DNA of 54,608 bases, from the IMG/VR virus record IMGVR_UViG_3300013383_000035. One strand, written 5' to 3'. Positions within the stretch are counted from its first letter, which is position 1. Each line of letters starts with the position of its first letter. This document shows, in pieces, positions 1 to 9,091 of the stretch. The translations under genes were made by a program, and so were the position numbers. The notes beneath the pieces were generated by a model. The model worked only from the letters and a program-made list of their open reading frames with translations. It had not been told where the DNA came from and did no database searches. The stretch comes from a virus.

Positions 1-77
1 ACTGCCCCCTCGGCATCCACAGCTTTTCGACACGCTTACATCCATTATTCGTGGAACTCTTGGAGCTTACCACATTC
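1..77. repeat. Terminal direct overlap, identical to 54532-54608 (circular or terminally redundant genome, unit 54531 bp)
   Basis: The same 77-nt string actgccccctcggcatcc...cttaccacattc is read at both window ends. Confidence 0.95.
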
Positions 78-856
78 CACTCCGCCACACATACAAAGCG
101 CTCTTCGGGCATCGTGTACTCGCTTATATATAGCGGCTGCGTCTGCGCCTCGCACCAGTCATAAAACGCCGCATGGTCAAAGGCCGTCCCGTAATCATCG
201 CCCACCTTTGTCGAAGTCGCATACGGCGGGTCGGCGTAAATTACGCTCCCCTCCACTATCTCCAAATCCCGATAATCCCCCTTGCTCATTGTAAACAGAC
301 TTTCCAGACTTTCCAGACTTTGCAGCCTTTCCAGCCTTTCCAGACTTTGCAGCCTTTCCAGCCTTTCCAGACTTTGCAGCCTTTCCATATTGCCTAAGCT
401 CTCAGCCGTCTTACTCCCGATTAGCGGTACAAGCAGCCGCACAACCTCCTTGTAGGCCACACGGCGCTCGCGCACGCTGTCAGCCGTCAGCATCTTATGC
501 ACAGCTCGCTTGTACGGCTCTGTCTCGCGCGAGTATAGGTAATCCCGCCCGTTATTGCCGAAGCTCCAACACGCACGCACATACGGATCACCGTCTTTCA
601 GCGCAAAGAAATCCTCACGGCTTATCCACCGCCGTTCATCGTGGTACTTGCCGCTTACGGCATCCACAAACAACCTCGGCATATCGCTTATGTCGTTGAT
701 GTGGATATGCTCGTACTTGCCGCTTAACGCCGCACAATGCGCCAGTGCGCAGCCGCCGCAGAATACATCATACAAATGCTCCGCCTTAGGCAACAGCGCC
801 ACTATACGCTCGGCCAGCTTATTCTTACTCCCCATATAGGGCATCCCATATCTCAT
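1..856 (-). CDS. N6-adenine DNA methyltransferase, Dam-like (D12 class). The ORF runs off the left edge and is completed through the overlap at 54488-54608
   Basis: My own minus-strand translation gives MRYGMPYMGSKNKL...VFCGGCALA (motif I)...VIYADPPYATS (DPPY motif IV)...KLWMPRGQ. It is missing from the ORF track because it crosses the window edge. Confidence 0.8.
   Translation of the reverse strand, partial: MRYGMPYMGSKNKLAERIVALLPKAEHLYDVFCGGCALAHCAALSGKYEHIHINDISDMPRLFVDAVSGKYHDERRWISREDFFALKDGDPYVRACWSFGNNGRDYLYSRETEPYKRAVHKMLTADSVRERRVAYKEVVRLLVPLIGSKTAESLGNMERLQSLERLERLQSLERLERLQSLESLESLFTMSKGDYRDLEIVEGSVIYADPPYATSTKVGDDYGTAFDHAAFYDWCEAQTQPLYISEYTMPEERFVCVAEWNVVSSKSSTNNGCKRVEKLWMPRGQ
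296..385. repeat. Ten tandem 9-bp units (cagactttc / cagactttg / cagcctttc) with a 27-bp higher-order period, in frame inside the Dam-like gene
   Basis: Read directly. On the minus strand it encodes ERLQSLERLERLQSLERLERLQSLESLESL between motif I and DPPY. Confidence 0.9.
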
Positions 857-880
857 AATTCGGTATCTAAGATTAAAGCC

Positions 881-2287
881 TTACTCATTCTCTTTCTTTC
901 CCAACAAAAACTGCATTCCGCCACGCGAACGCCGCTGCGCAACACCGAGATTTTTAAGCAACCCCGAAATCTCTCGCGCCGCAAGTTTTTCCTCCCCCGT
1001 TTCTTCGCAATAACGACCGTAATCGCCGTAAACCTCTTTAAGCGGCACCCAACTACCTGTTTCTTCCGAGGTCGCCGTAGTCCAGCCGCAATCACGCCAC
1101 CAACGGCGCTGTGGGTTGCTGTCATCGCGCATGGCTTCCATGGCCTCGCGCACTTCCTCGCCCAATTCAATGTTGCCGCCGTTATTCATCACTTTCTTAT
1201 ACCCGGCATATATCCAATTGAATATGGCTTGCCGAGACTCGGTTCCCGTCAGTTTCTTGGTTAAAAACGGATCTTTATCTTCCTCCGTCCATTGCCTCCG
1301 CGTTGTATACACGGGCAGTTGCCGCCTATGATACCCGTGGCTGTCATCGGCACTCTCGGGCAAGGCGTTTGTACAGCATAACAGCGGCGGCGCCGCCACT
1401 TGTATCGGGTCTCCGTAGTTCCTGCGCCCCTGAAACATCTCCCCGCTTACAAACCGCTTGAAGTCCCCGCCGCTTATGTCTTTCTCATTCAAATCACCCA
1501 CCAAATTGGCTATTTTGCCGCGCAAAGCCGCTATATTGACCCTCGCATCGCTATCCTTAAACAACTGCCGAGGAGTAAACCGCGAGAAATAACGCGCCCC
1601 GAAAACACCCTCAATAGCCCCGGCCAAAACACTCTTGCCGTTTGACCCCGGGCCTACAAGATAGCATACATACTCAATACGCACCTCATTGCGGTTTATC
1701 AACAACGAGCCGCAAAACAACTGAAAAGCATCCCGAAAATCCTTGTCGGGTATTATCTCTTTGAGCTTCCTGTCCCATAGCAACGATACAGCCCTCGCAT
1801 TATAATCCATATCAATCACTATGTCGCTTACATAACGCCGAGAGAACTCTTTCAATTTGCCGTCTTTGGTATCAAACACCCCGTTTGCAAATATCAAATA
1901 ACGCCTATCGGGCTTATACGCAAATTCACTCATCGAGGACACAGACTCAACACAAATACGAGCAACATCCTTTGGCGCATAGCAACAATATACAGGCCGC
2001 ACTTTCAGCATCGTCATCGCACGCCGAAATACCTCCGAGAAAAACGGAATTGCACTACCCACATCCTCGAAATAGCGCCCGTTATATACATACGCCTGCC
2101 CCGAGTCCCCGAAATATACAAGCGGCTGTTTGGCATCGCGCATAACACATCCGAAAGCATCCGCCATCCGCGCTACCTTTGCCTTGTTTACAAAGCTATC
2201 CTTGCCCCCGAAATAAGGACAAATAACTTCCTTTAATTCCCCCGCAAAATGCGAGGCCACATACTCGTATACAACCGAACTTACCAT
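881..2287 (-). CDS. P4/D5-family SF3 helicase-NTPase (the so-called primase C-terminal domain family)
   Basis: 468 aa with Walker A GPGSNGKS, and a D5_N-like region upstream. The stop lies 25 nt before the Dam start. Confidence 0.75.
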   Translation of the reverse strand: MVSSVVYEYVASHFAGELKEVICPYFGGKDSFVNKAKVARMADAFGCVMRDAKQPLVYFGDSGQAYVYNGRYFEDVGSAIPFFSEVFRRAMTMLKVRPVYCCYAPKDVARICVESVSSMSEFAYKPDRRYLIFANGVFDTKDGKLKEFSRRYVSDIVIDMDYNARAVSLLWDRKLKEIIPDKDFRDAFQLFCGSLLINRNEVRIEYVCYLVGPGSNGKSVLAGAIEGVFGARYFSRFTPRQLFKDSDARVNIAALRGKIANLVGDLNEKDISGGDFKRFVSGEMFQGRRNYGDPIQVAAPPLLCCTNALPESADDSHGYHRRQLPVYTTRRQWTEEDKDPFLTKKLTGTESRQAIFNWIYAGYKKVMNNGGNIELGEEVREAMEAMRDDSNPQRRWWRDCGWTTATSEETGSWVPLKEVYGDYGRYCEETGEEKLAAREISGLLKNLGVAQRRSRGGMQFLLGKKENE

Positions 2288-2288
2288 A

Positions 2289-2471
2289 TTATCCCCATTT
2301 AGACGTAATCTTTAAGACAATCTCATCATCTTCATTCAAACTTAAACCAAAATCAAACCGCTTGGAGGAATAAACTTCTCCGTCAATCTCTATGGCTATA
2401 TCGTTCAGTAGACGTTCATTTAGCCTACTCTGCAAACTTAATATCAAATCATTATACGTTTTCATTGCCAT
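2289..2471 (-). CDS. Hypothetical protein (AT-rich cassette)
   Basis: 60-aa ORF tightly packed with its neighbours. Local base composition is AT-rich. Confidence 0.5.
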   Translation of the reverse strand: MAMKTYNDLILSLQSRLNERLLNDIAIEIDGEVYSSKRFDFGLSLNEDDEIVLKITSKWG

Positions 2472-2701
2472 TCAATTTTAGTTCCTGTAAATTTAGTACT
2501 AATATCATTGCCCAATTCAAACACGTATTCTTCAGTTATTTCAGAACCAAGTTCAAATATTCTAAAGTTACAAGCTAAATAATCTTTCTTAGCTTTCTCT
2601 ATAAATTTAGCAATATCTTCTTTAGACGATACCACATTATAATTTGGAATATGGTCTCCATTTTCCAATGTCAAATAAAGTATTATGTATTTCATTCCCA
2701 A
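2462..2701 (-). CDS. Hypothetical protein (AT-rich cassette)
   Basis: 79-aa ORF that overlaps both neighbours by 10 nt. Confidence 0.5.
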   Translation of the reverse strand: MGMKYIILYLTLENGDHIPNYNVVSSKEDIAKFIEKAKKDYLACNFRIFELGSEITEEYVFELGNDISTKFTGTKIEWQ

Positions 2702-3015
2702 TCAATAGAATTAGTTAAGTTTCGTTCTTCATATACCTCATAGTTGAGAGTGGCTCCGTAAGATTTTCTTAGTTTCCTTATTCTTTTTCTCACGGCAGAT
2801 ACATCTCCATCGATGTATATTTTGCCTGGAAATGGATAATGTTCATTTAATATAGACCGAAATTCTATTCTATAGATAAAATTAGGGTTATTCTGTGTTA
2901 TATGCTCTTGTTTTATATTATCTCTTTTACATATATAATTTTCATAAACATTGTAGAATATACCTACAATAATATCAATTACAAGTAATCCTCCTATTAT
3001 TAATAATGCTATCAT
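2692..3015 (-). CDS. Hypothetical membrane-anchored protein (AT-rich cassette)
   Basis: 107 aa with an N-terminal hydrophobic helix, MIALLIIGGLLVIDIIVGIF. Confidence 0.5.
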   Translation of the reverse strand: MIALLIIGGLLVIDIIVGIFYNVYENYICKRDNIKQEHITQNNPNFIYRIEFRSILNEHYPFPGKIYIDGDVSAVRKRIRKLRKSYGATLNYEVYEERNLTNSIDWE

Positions 3016-3107
3016 ATTAGTTACCTTTTTCTTTTGAATAATACCATATTACTATACTTACATATAATAAAGTAATTAAAGTACCTATTGTAAATCCTAT
3101 AAAAATG

Positions 3108-3335
3108 TCATAGTACATTAAATTTATCTGAGTCAACTTTTTTGACTTCATTAATTTCAACTTTTGAAATATTCTCATCAGAACGTGCAAGAAGCCTAAT
3201 TAAAGGGATAAGTTTTTTTTTACTCTCTAAATCCTTCGCTTCATGTTCATCGTCAATTAGCCAATATTGAAAACCCACGAAAAGCCCACGAAAATCTTCA
3301 AGTTCAGCAGTAACTATGTATTGTTTCATTGTCAT
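3108..3335 (-). CDS. Hypothetical protein (AT-rich cassette, first gene of the leftward operon)
   Basis: 75-aa ORF. Confidence 0.5.
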   Translation of the reverse strand: MTMKQYIVTAELEDFRGLFVGFQYWLIDDEHEAKDLESKKKLIPLIRLLARSDENISKVEINEVKKVDSDKFNVL

Positions 3336-3714
3336 TTAATTAAAATATTATGTACTTCATAATCCCTACTTATTATCCGTGGAGTAGTCATAAACCCCGG
3401 CTTACAACCCTCCCCCCTCATTAAAAAACCAAAAAACCAAACCGCAAATCAAGCCCAAAACCCAATCCGCTTCAACAAAATTACAAGCATCTATCCAATT
3501 TCTCAAACAATTTCCAATTCTTATTTATATTTATAATATTATAATATTATTATATACTATACTAACTATGTATATAGTTAGGATAGTTTCTCGCCTTTCC
3601 TTAAAAATTTTTTTTTAAGGCGAGGACTTTCCCCGAAAAATTCTACACACCTACATATTCATACCATAAGTGATTATAAACTACTTGGTTAGATGTGTGT
3701 AGTTCGGTGTGTAG

Positions 3715-3960
3715 ATTACCCCAAATTACCCCCTTTTATGTACATAAACCTCCCTTTTCACACCAAATTTACCCGATTTTTTGCTCCAAAATCACCCCCC
3801 TTACCACTAAACCCTCCCCTCCCTACAACCCACTCCCAATCCCCTCCCATCTTATTATCGCTTACCCGATTTATCCCCACAAACCAAAACATCCCTCCCC
3901 TTCATTACCTTTCTTATCTTATCTCTCCCACTCCCCCATTTACCCCCTTGCGTAATTATT
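3715..3960. repeat. Strongly G-depleted, C-rich tract on the plus strand, so G-run rich on the minus strand. It has repeated TTACCCGATTT and TTATCCCCA words
   Basis: About 7 G in about 245 nt by eye. The minus strand at 3812-3848 reads GGGAGGGGATTGGGAGTGGGTTGTAGGGAGGGGAGGG. Confidence 0.8.
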
Positions 3961-4385
3961 ACATATAATTATCCCCATTTAACCAATTTTATGAAGCTAA
4001 AACCGCCTTAACTGATTGTAGGTCAACTGGTTACGCCAGAATTTTTGAAAAAAAATTTTGATGGGACGCACCCCAACCCCAAAAAAATCGTTTTTTTTAG
4101 CCCCCCGCACCCCTACTTTTTTTATAAATATCTGAAAATCAATCTATTTGCCTGTGTGTGGCGTCCGCAACCTCCGTCCGAATTTTGCGTGTAAGTGCCT
4201 GAAAATCAGGCAGTTAGCTATTTTAGGGTGTTAAGTGCTTGATTATCAATGTGTTGCGCATTCTCTCACAATCTTCATTACGGCTTATCCGTTTGACTAA
4301 TAGCGTTTTATGTGTTTGTGGTTTAGAAGCCTCTAAATATTTTGGAGGTTGAGTAAATTGAGTAAATCAGGAGTGTGCTGTATTA

Positions 4386-4427
4386 GCTGTTTGCGGTTTG
4401 CTGTTTGCTGTTTGCGGTTTGCGGTGA
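4386..4427. repeat. Six tandem heptamers GC(T/G)GTTT
   Basis: gctgttt gcggttt gctgttt gctgttt gcggttt gcggtga read directly. Confidence 0.9.
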
Positions 4428-4659
4428 TTATATAAATTCAGGAGGTGGATATTTCGGCTTGGTTTATTTTGCGTAAGATACACGCAAAAGTTATCCTATC
4501 AGAGTGCTGTTTGTTTATTAGTTAAATATTGTGAAATTGACCGAAAATAATTGCGTAAACATTTGGAGGTTAGAGAAAAAGTTGCGTACTTTGTATGTAG
4601 AAAAAGGAACGGAATTGACCGTTTTAATCAGAACAAAAACTAACTAAATCAAAAATCAA

Positions 4660-4983
4660 ATGAGAAAGATCGAAAAGGAAATGTATGCAGCCTTTTGTGG
4701 TGGCTATAACTGGCACAAATCAAACACACGCGTGAAAGTTTTATCCTATAGCGACGGAACGAAATCCGTCTATGTGTTTCTTTTCGGCAACCTAATCGCC
4801 GAAAAGATAATAAACAACGCGAAAGGCATATACTCAAAAAGGTTTTTTACTAGCGGCTTTGACACGGCTACAACGTGCAGCCGTCTCAAAGCGCTCGGCG
4901 CAAGATGTAGCCGCAAAGGTGGTGTAATCCACTTTGTCGACACAGGCGAGGCTGTACAGAGCTATCACACGCCGCTTGTCTAA
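4660..4983 (+). CDS. Hypothetical protein
   Basis: 107-aa ORF, first gene of the rightward block. Confidence 0.55.
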   Translation: MRKIEKEMYAAFCGGYNWHKSNTRVKVLSYSDGTKSVYVFLFGNLIAEKIINNAKGIYSKRFFTSGFDTATTCSRLKALGARCSRKGGVIHFVDTGEAVQSYHTPLV

Positions 4984-5105
4984 TCTAAGCAAAAACAGCG
5001 CCGCGGCGCTATCTATCACAGACAGCGCCGCGGCTAAAACTAAATCTAAAATCTAACCGCAAAGGTACGATAATTCGCCCTTTGCACAAAATAATAAATA
5101 ATTTT

Positions 5106-5300
5106 ATGCAGATATTTACAGTATATAGTATCGGCTGCAACGCCGAATTATTTGCCACTACGTACGGCGAATATATCACAGACGTTAACCCCGGCTACTT
5201 TGGAGGAGTCGAGTTTACACTCCGCGCGCCAACCGAGATCATACAAGAAATAGCACACCTAACCGATGAGTGCATCGAGATAATAACTATAAAAAACTAA
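5106..5300 (+). CDS. Hypothetical protein
   Basis: Track ORF 5082-5300. The first ATG is at 5106. Confidence 0.45.
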   Translation: MQIFTVYSIGCNAELFATTYGEYITDVNPGYFGGVEFTLRAPTEIIQEIAHLTDECIEIITIKN

Positions 5301-5304
5301 AAGT

Positions 5305-5517
5305 ATGGATAAAATTAAAATCAAAATGTGGTCAGTACAGACTACTGGCGGCCAAATCATTATTGATCAGGAGCCGCAAGAAACGTTTGTCGTGTTTAAT
5401 TCCGCCGAACGCGCGGAATTAGCCCAAAAGCGCGGGTTTACGTGGGATAGCGACGCGAATTACTACCTAACTAAAACGGCCGCTAGAAAGGCTATTGCGT
5501 GGGCGCTTAGCAACTAA
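5305..5517 (+). CDS. Hypothetical protein
   Basis: 70-aa ORF starting 4 nt after the previous stop. Confidence 0.5.
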   Translation: MDKIKIKMWSVQTTGGQIIIDQEPQETFVVFNSAERAELAQKRGFTWDSDANYYLTKTAARKAIAWALSN

Positions 5518-5723
5518 TAACAAAGTCGGCTCGGCGACTCAAAATAGGCATTAGGCCGGGCGCGTGGGCGGATAAAGATAAATCCGCCCGGTTGTAATAA
5601 CTTAATAAATCCTACTATGATATTAAATTGCCTCCTATCAAGCGCTACAATTGCGCTTTTGGGCGTACCTTTCGCCGCCCGAAACAAAGCGCCGTTTTTT
5701 GGCATGCGAAAAATAATCCCCAC

Positions 5724-5760
5724 GCCCGTCAGTGTTTAACAAATTTTAACACTGACGGGC
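5724..5760. repeat. Perfect 13-bp inverted repeat (gcccgtcagtgtt ... aacactgacgggc), a hairpin or operator
   Basis: Read directly. It lies just upstream of a TAnnTTTG box. Confidence 0.7.
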
Positions 5761-5784
5761 AACAAACCGAAGCTCATACGGCTG

Positions 5785-5792
5785 TATCTTTG
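5785..5792 (+). promoter_or_regulatory. Candidate Bacteroidota -7 promoter box TATCTTTG (TAnnTTTG)
   Basis: Matches the established Bacteroides sigma-ABfr -7 consensus, about 40 nt upstream of ATG 5834. Confidence 0.4.
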
Positions 5793-5833
5793 TGGGCACA
5801 AACATAAACATAATCACGAACATAATCACGAAA

Positions 5834-6139
5834 ATGAAAAATCTGATATATACCACATATACGCCCGATACAAAGGGTACCTTTATAAATGTTTACAAAG
5901 GTACTAAGTATATAACCGTACGCCTCTCAAGCGAATGGCAAGGCGTCCACCCTATTATACTTACATATGCCGTCGAAGACGCGCAACGCGTACTGGCCGA
6001 CATAGAGGCTCGCGAGTACTCATATCGCGCATTTGCAATGGAGTGCCACTACATTAACGATGGAGACTATATGTTGACCATACGGTCATACGGTATAATA
6101 CGGCCACTCCGCATAAAACGAGAGAGAGCCGTCCGATAA
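5834..6139 (+). CDS. Hypothetical protein
   Basis: Track ORF 5792-6139. The GTG at 5792 overlaps the promoter box, so ATG 5834 is preferred. Confidence 0.5.
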   Translation: MKNLIYTTYTPDTKGTFINVYKGTKYITVRLSSEWQGVHPIILTYAVEDAQRVLADIEAREYSYRAFAMECHYINDGDYMLTIRSYGIIRPLRIKRERAVR

Positions 6140-6178
6140 ACTAATCCGACAACAAAAAAATACAAATACAAAAAAACA

Positions 6179-6745
6179 ATGAGCACCGAAATAAAAGTCT
6201 ACTGGTCAAACAATCAGCTGTGGCATATGATCGACAACGCGGATGGCACGATATCCGCGTACTACAACGCGAATTGCAAACCTTGCAACCGCGTACCTTA
6301 CACAAACGTTGCAGCCGCGGTTAAATCCGCTGGCGGCCTTGACGCGTTTAGGGCGCGTCTAATCACGCCCGAGGAGGCGGAGGCACGATTAACCGCCCTT
6401 GCCGCCGAAAAGGCCGAGAGAGCCGCCGAAAAGGCCGTGGAGACGGCAAAGGCGGAAGCGGCAGCAACCGAAGCACGTTTGCGACTGGCCGAGGCCGAAA
6501 AGGCCGGGGCAATAATCCCGACACAAGCCAATATCCGCGATCTCCTTTTATGTGTGCGAAATAACACCGCATGGCCGTTACCCAAATTCGCGGTAGGCTA
6601 CTCCGTAAACCGCTATGATTGTGGCAGCGGTAAGATAGCCGCAACAGCCGAATTCGACAAGCCCGTTTGTATAAACGGGCATTTGACAACGCGCGTATGC
6701 CTCGGCGCGCCGCGCGGGCATCTTGATAAATATACGCGGATATGA
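6179..6745 (+). CDS. Hypothetical protein with an Ala/Glu-rich helical segment
   Basis: 188-aa ORF. Confidence 0.6.
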   Translation: MSTEIKVYWSNNQLWHMIDNADGTISAYYNANCKPCNRVPYTNVAAAVKSAGGLDAFRARLITPEEAEARLTALAAEKAERAAEKAVETAKAEAAATEARLRLAEAEKAGAIIPTQANIRDLLLCVRNNTAWPLPKFAVGYSVNRYDCGSGKIAATAEFDKPVCINGHLTTRVCLGAPRGHLDKYTRI

Positions 6746-6942
6746 ACAAGGCAGAGAAACGGGCATTAGTACTAACAAGCTCGTGTCTGCTCGGATGGAT
6801 GCTGTTCCTATGGTCAGGGCTACACGGCTATTTGCCCGGCTGTATACAATCAGCTTTCGACTGGGTATTACACAAAACGATATTATTTATCGGCATCATA
6901 TTGTTGCCCGGAATTATCATACAAGCGCTTTACTCAAAATAG
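6742..6942 (+). CDS. Small membrane protein
   Basis: 66 aa with two hydrophobic segments. ATGA start-stop overlap with the upstream ORF. Confidence 0.5.
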   Translation: MNKAEKRALVLTSSCLLGWMLFLWSGLHGYLPGCIQSAFDWVLHKTILFIGIILLPGIIIQALYSK

Positions 6943-6972
6943 ACTATAAATAAACTAATAAACTATTAAACT

Positions 6973-7722
6973 ATGGCGGAATATATATATCTACGCGTAT
7001 CAACGCGTAATCAAGACTACGCACAGCAACTTGAGGACATCAAGCGCTACGGCGTTAACCCCAACGAAGTAAATGGCATCGTGGAGGAGCACGAAAGCGG
7101 TGGCACATCCTACGAGGACAGGAAACTTCGCGGTTTGCTTAGCAAATGTAAGCCGGGCGACACAATCTATGTAGGCGACACAAGCCGAATAGGCCGTTCC
7201 CAACTGGATATGATACGGCTTATGGTCAACGCCAAAGAGGCGGGCATCGGCATTGTTGCCTGTAAAAACGGCCTACGGCTTGACGCCGACGACATCGGCA
7301 GCCGTATAACTTTATCTATCCTTGCAATACTGGATGAGGATGAACGCATGCGCATCAAGCACCGTGCGAAAAACACGGTAGAGGCGCACCGCGCCGAAAT
7401 TGCGGCAAAAGGCTACCGCATTACAAAGGCGGGCAACATACAAAATCATATTGGCAACGCGAAAGGCGTTGATATGACGCCCGCGATAAAACAAAGTATT
7501 GTGGCAAAGCAAGAGAGTGCACAACGGTGGCGAGAGGAGTCTTCGGCATACCGCTGGACGCTGGCGAAAAAGGCCGAAGGCAATACAGCCGCTCAGGCCT
7601 ATGCCGAATTAGAGCGACTTATGGACATTGCGCCCGAAACCTTTTGCAAACGCTCGGGAGGCCGAATAAGTCGGTCAACTTTTTACGACTGGTGGCGCGA
7701 AAAAAACGTCTTGAAAGTATGA
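6973..7722 (+). CDS. Small serine recombinase (resolvase/invertase family)
   Basis: N-terminal YIYLRVSTRNQDYAQQ (catalytic Ser motif), then GDTSRIGRS. 249 aa. Confidence 0.85.
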   Translation: MAEYIYLRVSTRNQDYAQQLEDIKRYGVNPNEVNGIVEEHESGGTSYEDRKLRGLLSKCKPGDTIYVGDTSRIGRSQLDMIRLMVNAKEAGIGIVACKNGLRLDADDIGSRITLSILAILDEDERMRIKHRAKNTVEAHRAEIAAKGYRITKAGNIQNHIGNAKGVDMTPAIKQSIVAKQESAQRWREESSAYRWTLAKKAEGNTAAQAYAELERLMDIAPETFCKRSGGRISRSTFYDWWREKNVLKV

Positions 7723-7740
7723 CCTAAACCTAAACCACAA

Positions 7741-7784
7741 CCAAGCCCCGTTATCAACACCGATAACGGGGCTTGGTTTTTTTT
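7741..7784. terminator. Intrinsic terminator between the convergent recombinase genes
   Basis: 15-bp stem ccaagccccgttatc / gataacggggcttgg followed by T8. Confidence 0.8.
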
Positions 7785-7860
7785 CGTCCCGACAACGGCG
7801 CTACTACCTACACCTACTGGCAGTGGCAATTTTCGCTGTTGCGGCTTGTATTGCTTGCGA

Positions 7861-9030
7861 CTATCGTTTACCATACAGCACCCAATCAAGCACCCTGCGA
7901 TTAGCATTATCCACTATTTCGTTATCATAGTCGATATAAACATCTGTTATGGCTGCGCCAAATGAATGACCAAGCGCCTGACTTATAACATCCTTTGGAA
8001 TGCCTATGCTGTACGCTATTGTCGCCCAAGAGTGCCGCGCCCAATATAACGTTAAATCGTCTCGTCCGGTATACTTTCTAAGAGCAACCTTTATTGCGTG
8101 GCACATAACATTGCGTGTATACCATATATCCGCGTACGTCAACAATTGACCATGCCTGTCCGATTTGTAGCGGTTTATGATTTCAAGCGCTTCCGGCTCA
8201 ACCTTGATACTATACTGCTTTCGCGTTTTGGCACGCTCATATGCAATCCGCCCGTCCTCCGTTATGCCCGTCAGACCAAGCATATCAACGCCGTTTATTC
8301 CAATAAGCATAAACGACAGCTTGAATGCGTCTAATGCGGTGCGGGCGCGGGCGCTTTTTGGCGATAGCGCCAATATGGCACGTAAAGACTCAACAGACAG
8401 TGAGCGTTTGCGTGTAGGCTTATTACATTTAATTCGCGGTAAGCGGATAAACGGGTCGCGATCTATAAGCTCATTCCGAATAGCTTCATTTACAACCGCA
8501 TGAATGCACTGCATATAATTGGCGATTGTCCCCGAGCTGTAATTCTGATTATGCAGCCAATTCAGATACCGAGACAACAGTGCATAATCAATCTCCTGTA
8601 TAAGCATATGTTCGACCTTCGGTTCATAGCGGATTAGAGTATTAAGGCTAACCCTATAACACGCTTGTGTAGCCTTTCGCAGTCGGCAGCCCATAAAATC
8701 ACGATACAGCAGCACAAACCGATACTCTTTTTCTATCTGTCGTCCAAACAGCTTTTCGGCGACACGTTCTTTGATCTCGGCAACATCCATAAACCTGCCG
8801 CCAGCCTGATAAATTTCCATTTTAAGCGCATCTAACTGCTTTACCCAATAAGCCAAGACGTTGGAGAGACGTTCAAGCCGTTTGGGCGGATTAGGCGACA
8901 ACGCAAGGTCTAAATCAAGTGGAGCGAGATACATATCCGTTGCGAGTTCGGCCTTTCGGCGATTGTTGATAATGCGGATGCGGACGTTATTACAACGCCG
9001 TTCATCACACACGAGTTTCATTGTTATCAT
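7861..9030 (-). CDS. int: Tyrosine integrase (phage integrase family)
   Basis: 389 aa with a SAM-like N-terminal domain. The C-terminus has ARHSWAT ... GHSFGAAITDVYIDY (R..HxxR..Y catalytic pattern). Confidence 0.9.
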   Translation of the reverse strand: MITMKLVCDERRCNNVRIRIINNRRKAELATDMYLAPLDLDLALSPNPPKRLERLSNVLAYWVKQLDALKMEIYQAGGRFMDVAEIKERVAEKLFGRQIEKEYRFVLLYRDFMGCRLRKATQACYRVSLNTLIRYEPKVEHMLIQEIDYALLSRYLNWLHNQNYSSGTIANYMQCIHAVVNEAIRNELIDRDPFIRLPRIKCNKPTRKRSLSVESLRAILALSPKSARARTALDAFKLSFMLIGINGVDMLGLTGITEDGRIAYERAKTRKQYSIKVEPEALEIINRYKSDRHGQLLTYADIWYTRNVMCHAIKVALRKYTGRDDLTLYWARHSWATIAYSIGIPKDVISQALGHSFGAAITDVYIDYDNEIVDNANRRVLDWVLYGKR

Positions 9031-9091
9031 AAGTTAAGTCGTTAATTTATGTTAAGTAATATTAATAAATCCTAAATAAACGCTTGTTTTT

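Larger units (their letters stand above)
3336..4659. promoter_or_regulatory. 1.3-kb non-coding region between divergent operons, a candidate control or origin region
   Basis: No credible ORF. It contains an AT-rich block (3520-3600), palindromes (3599-3628; tctacacacc 3642-3651 against ggtgtgtaga 3706-3715), a G-depleted tract and several short direct repeats. Confidence 0.6.

Noticed and set aside
296-385. Tandem repeats as a possible CRISPR array
   Set aside because: The units are 9 bp, contiguous, without spacers and in frame within a methyltransferase ORF. No cas genes are present in the window.
737-1264. Plus-strand ORFs 555-839, 737-1264 and 1116-1331
   Set aside because: They are antisense to the Dam-like and helicase genes, both of which carry clear catalytic motifs.
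3693-3968. Two overlapping plus-strand ORFs (91 and 86 aa), Pro/Leu/Ser-rich
   Set aside because: They are an artefact of the nearly G-free C/T-rich tract, where no stop codons containing G can occur. They have no start context and are compositionally implausible.
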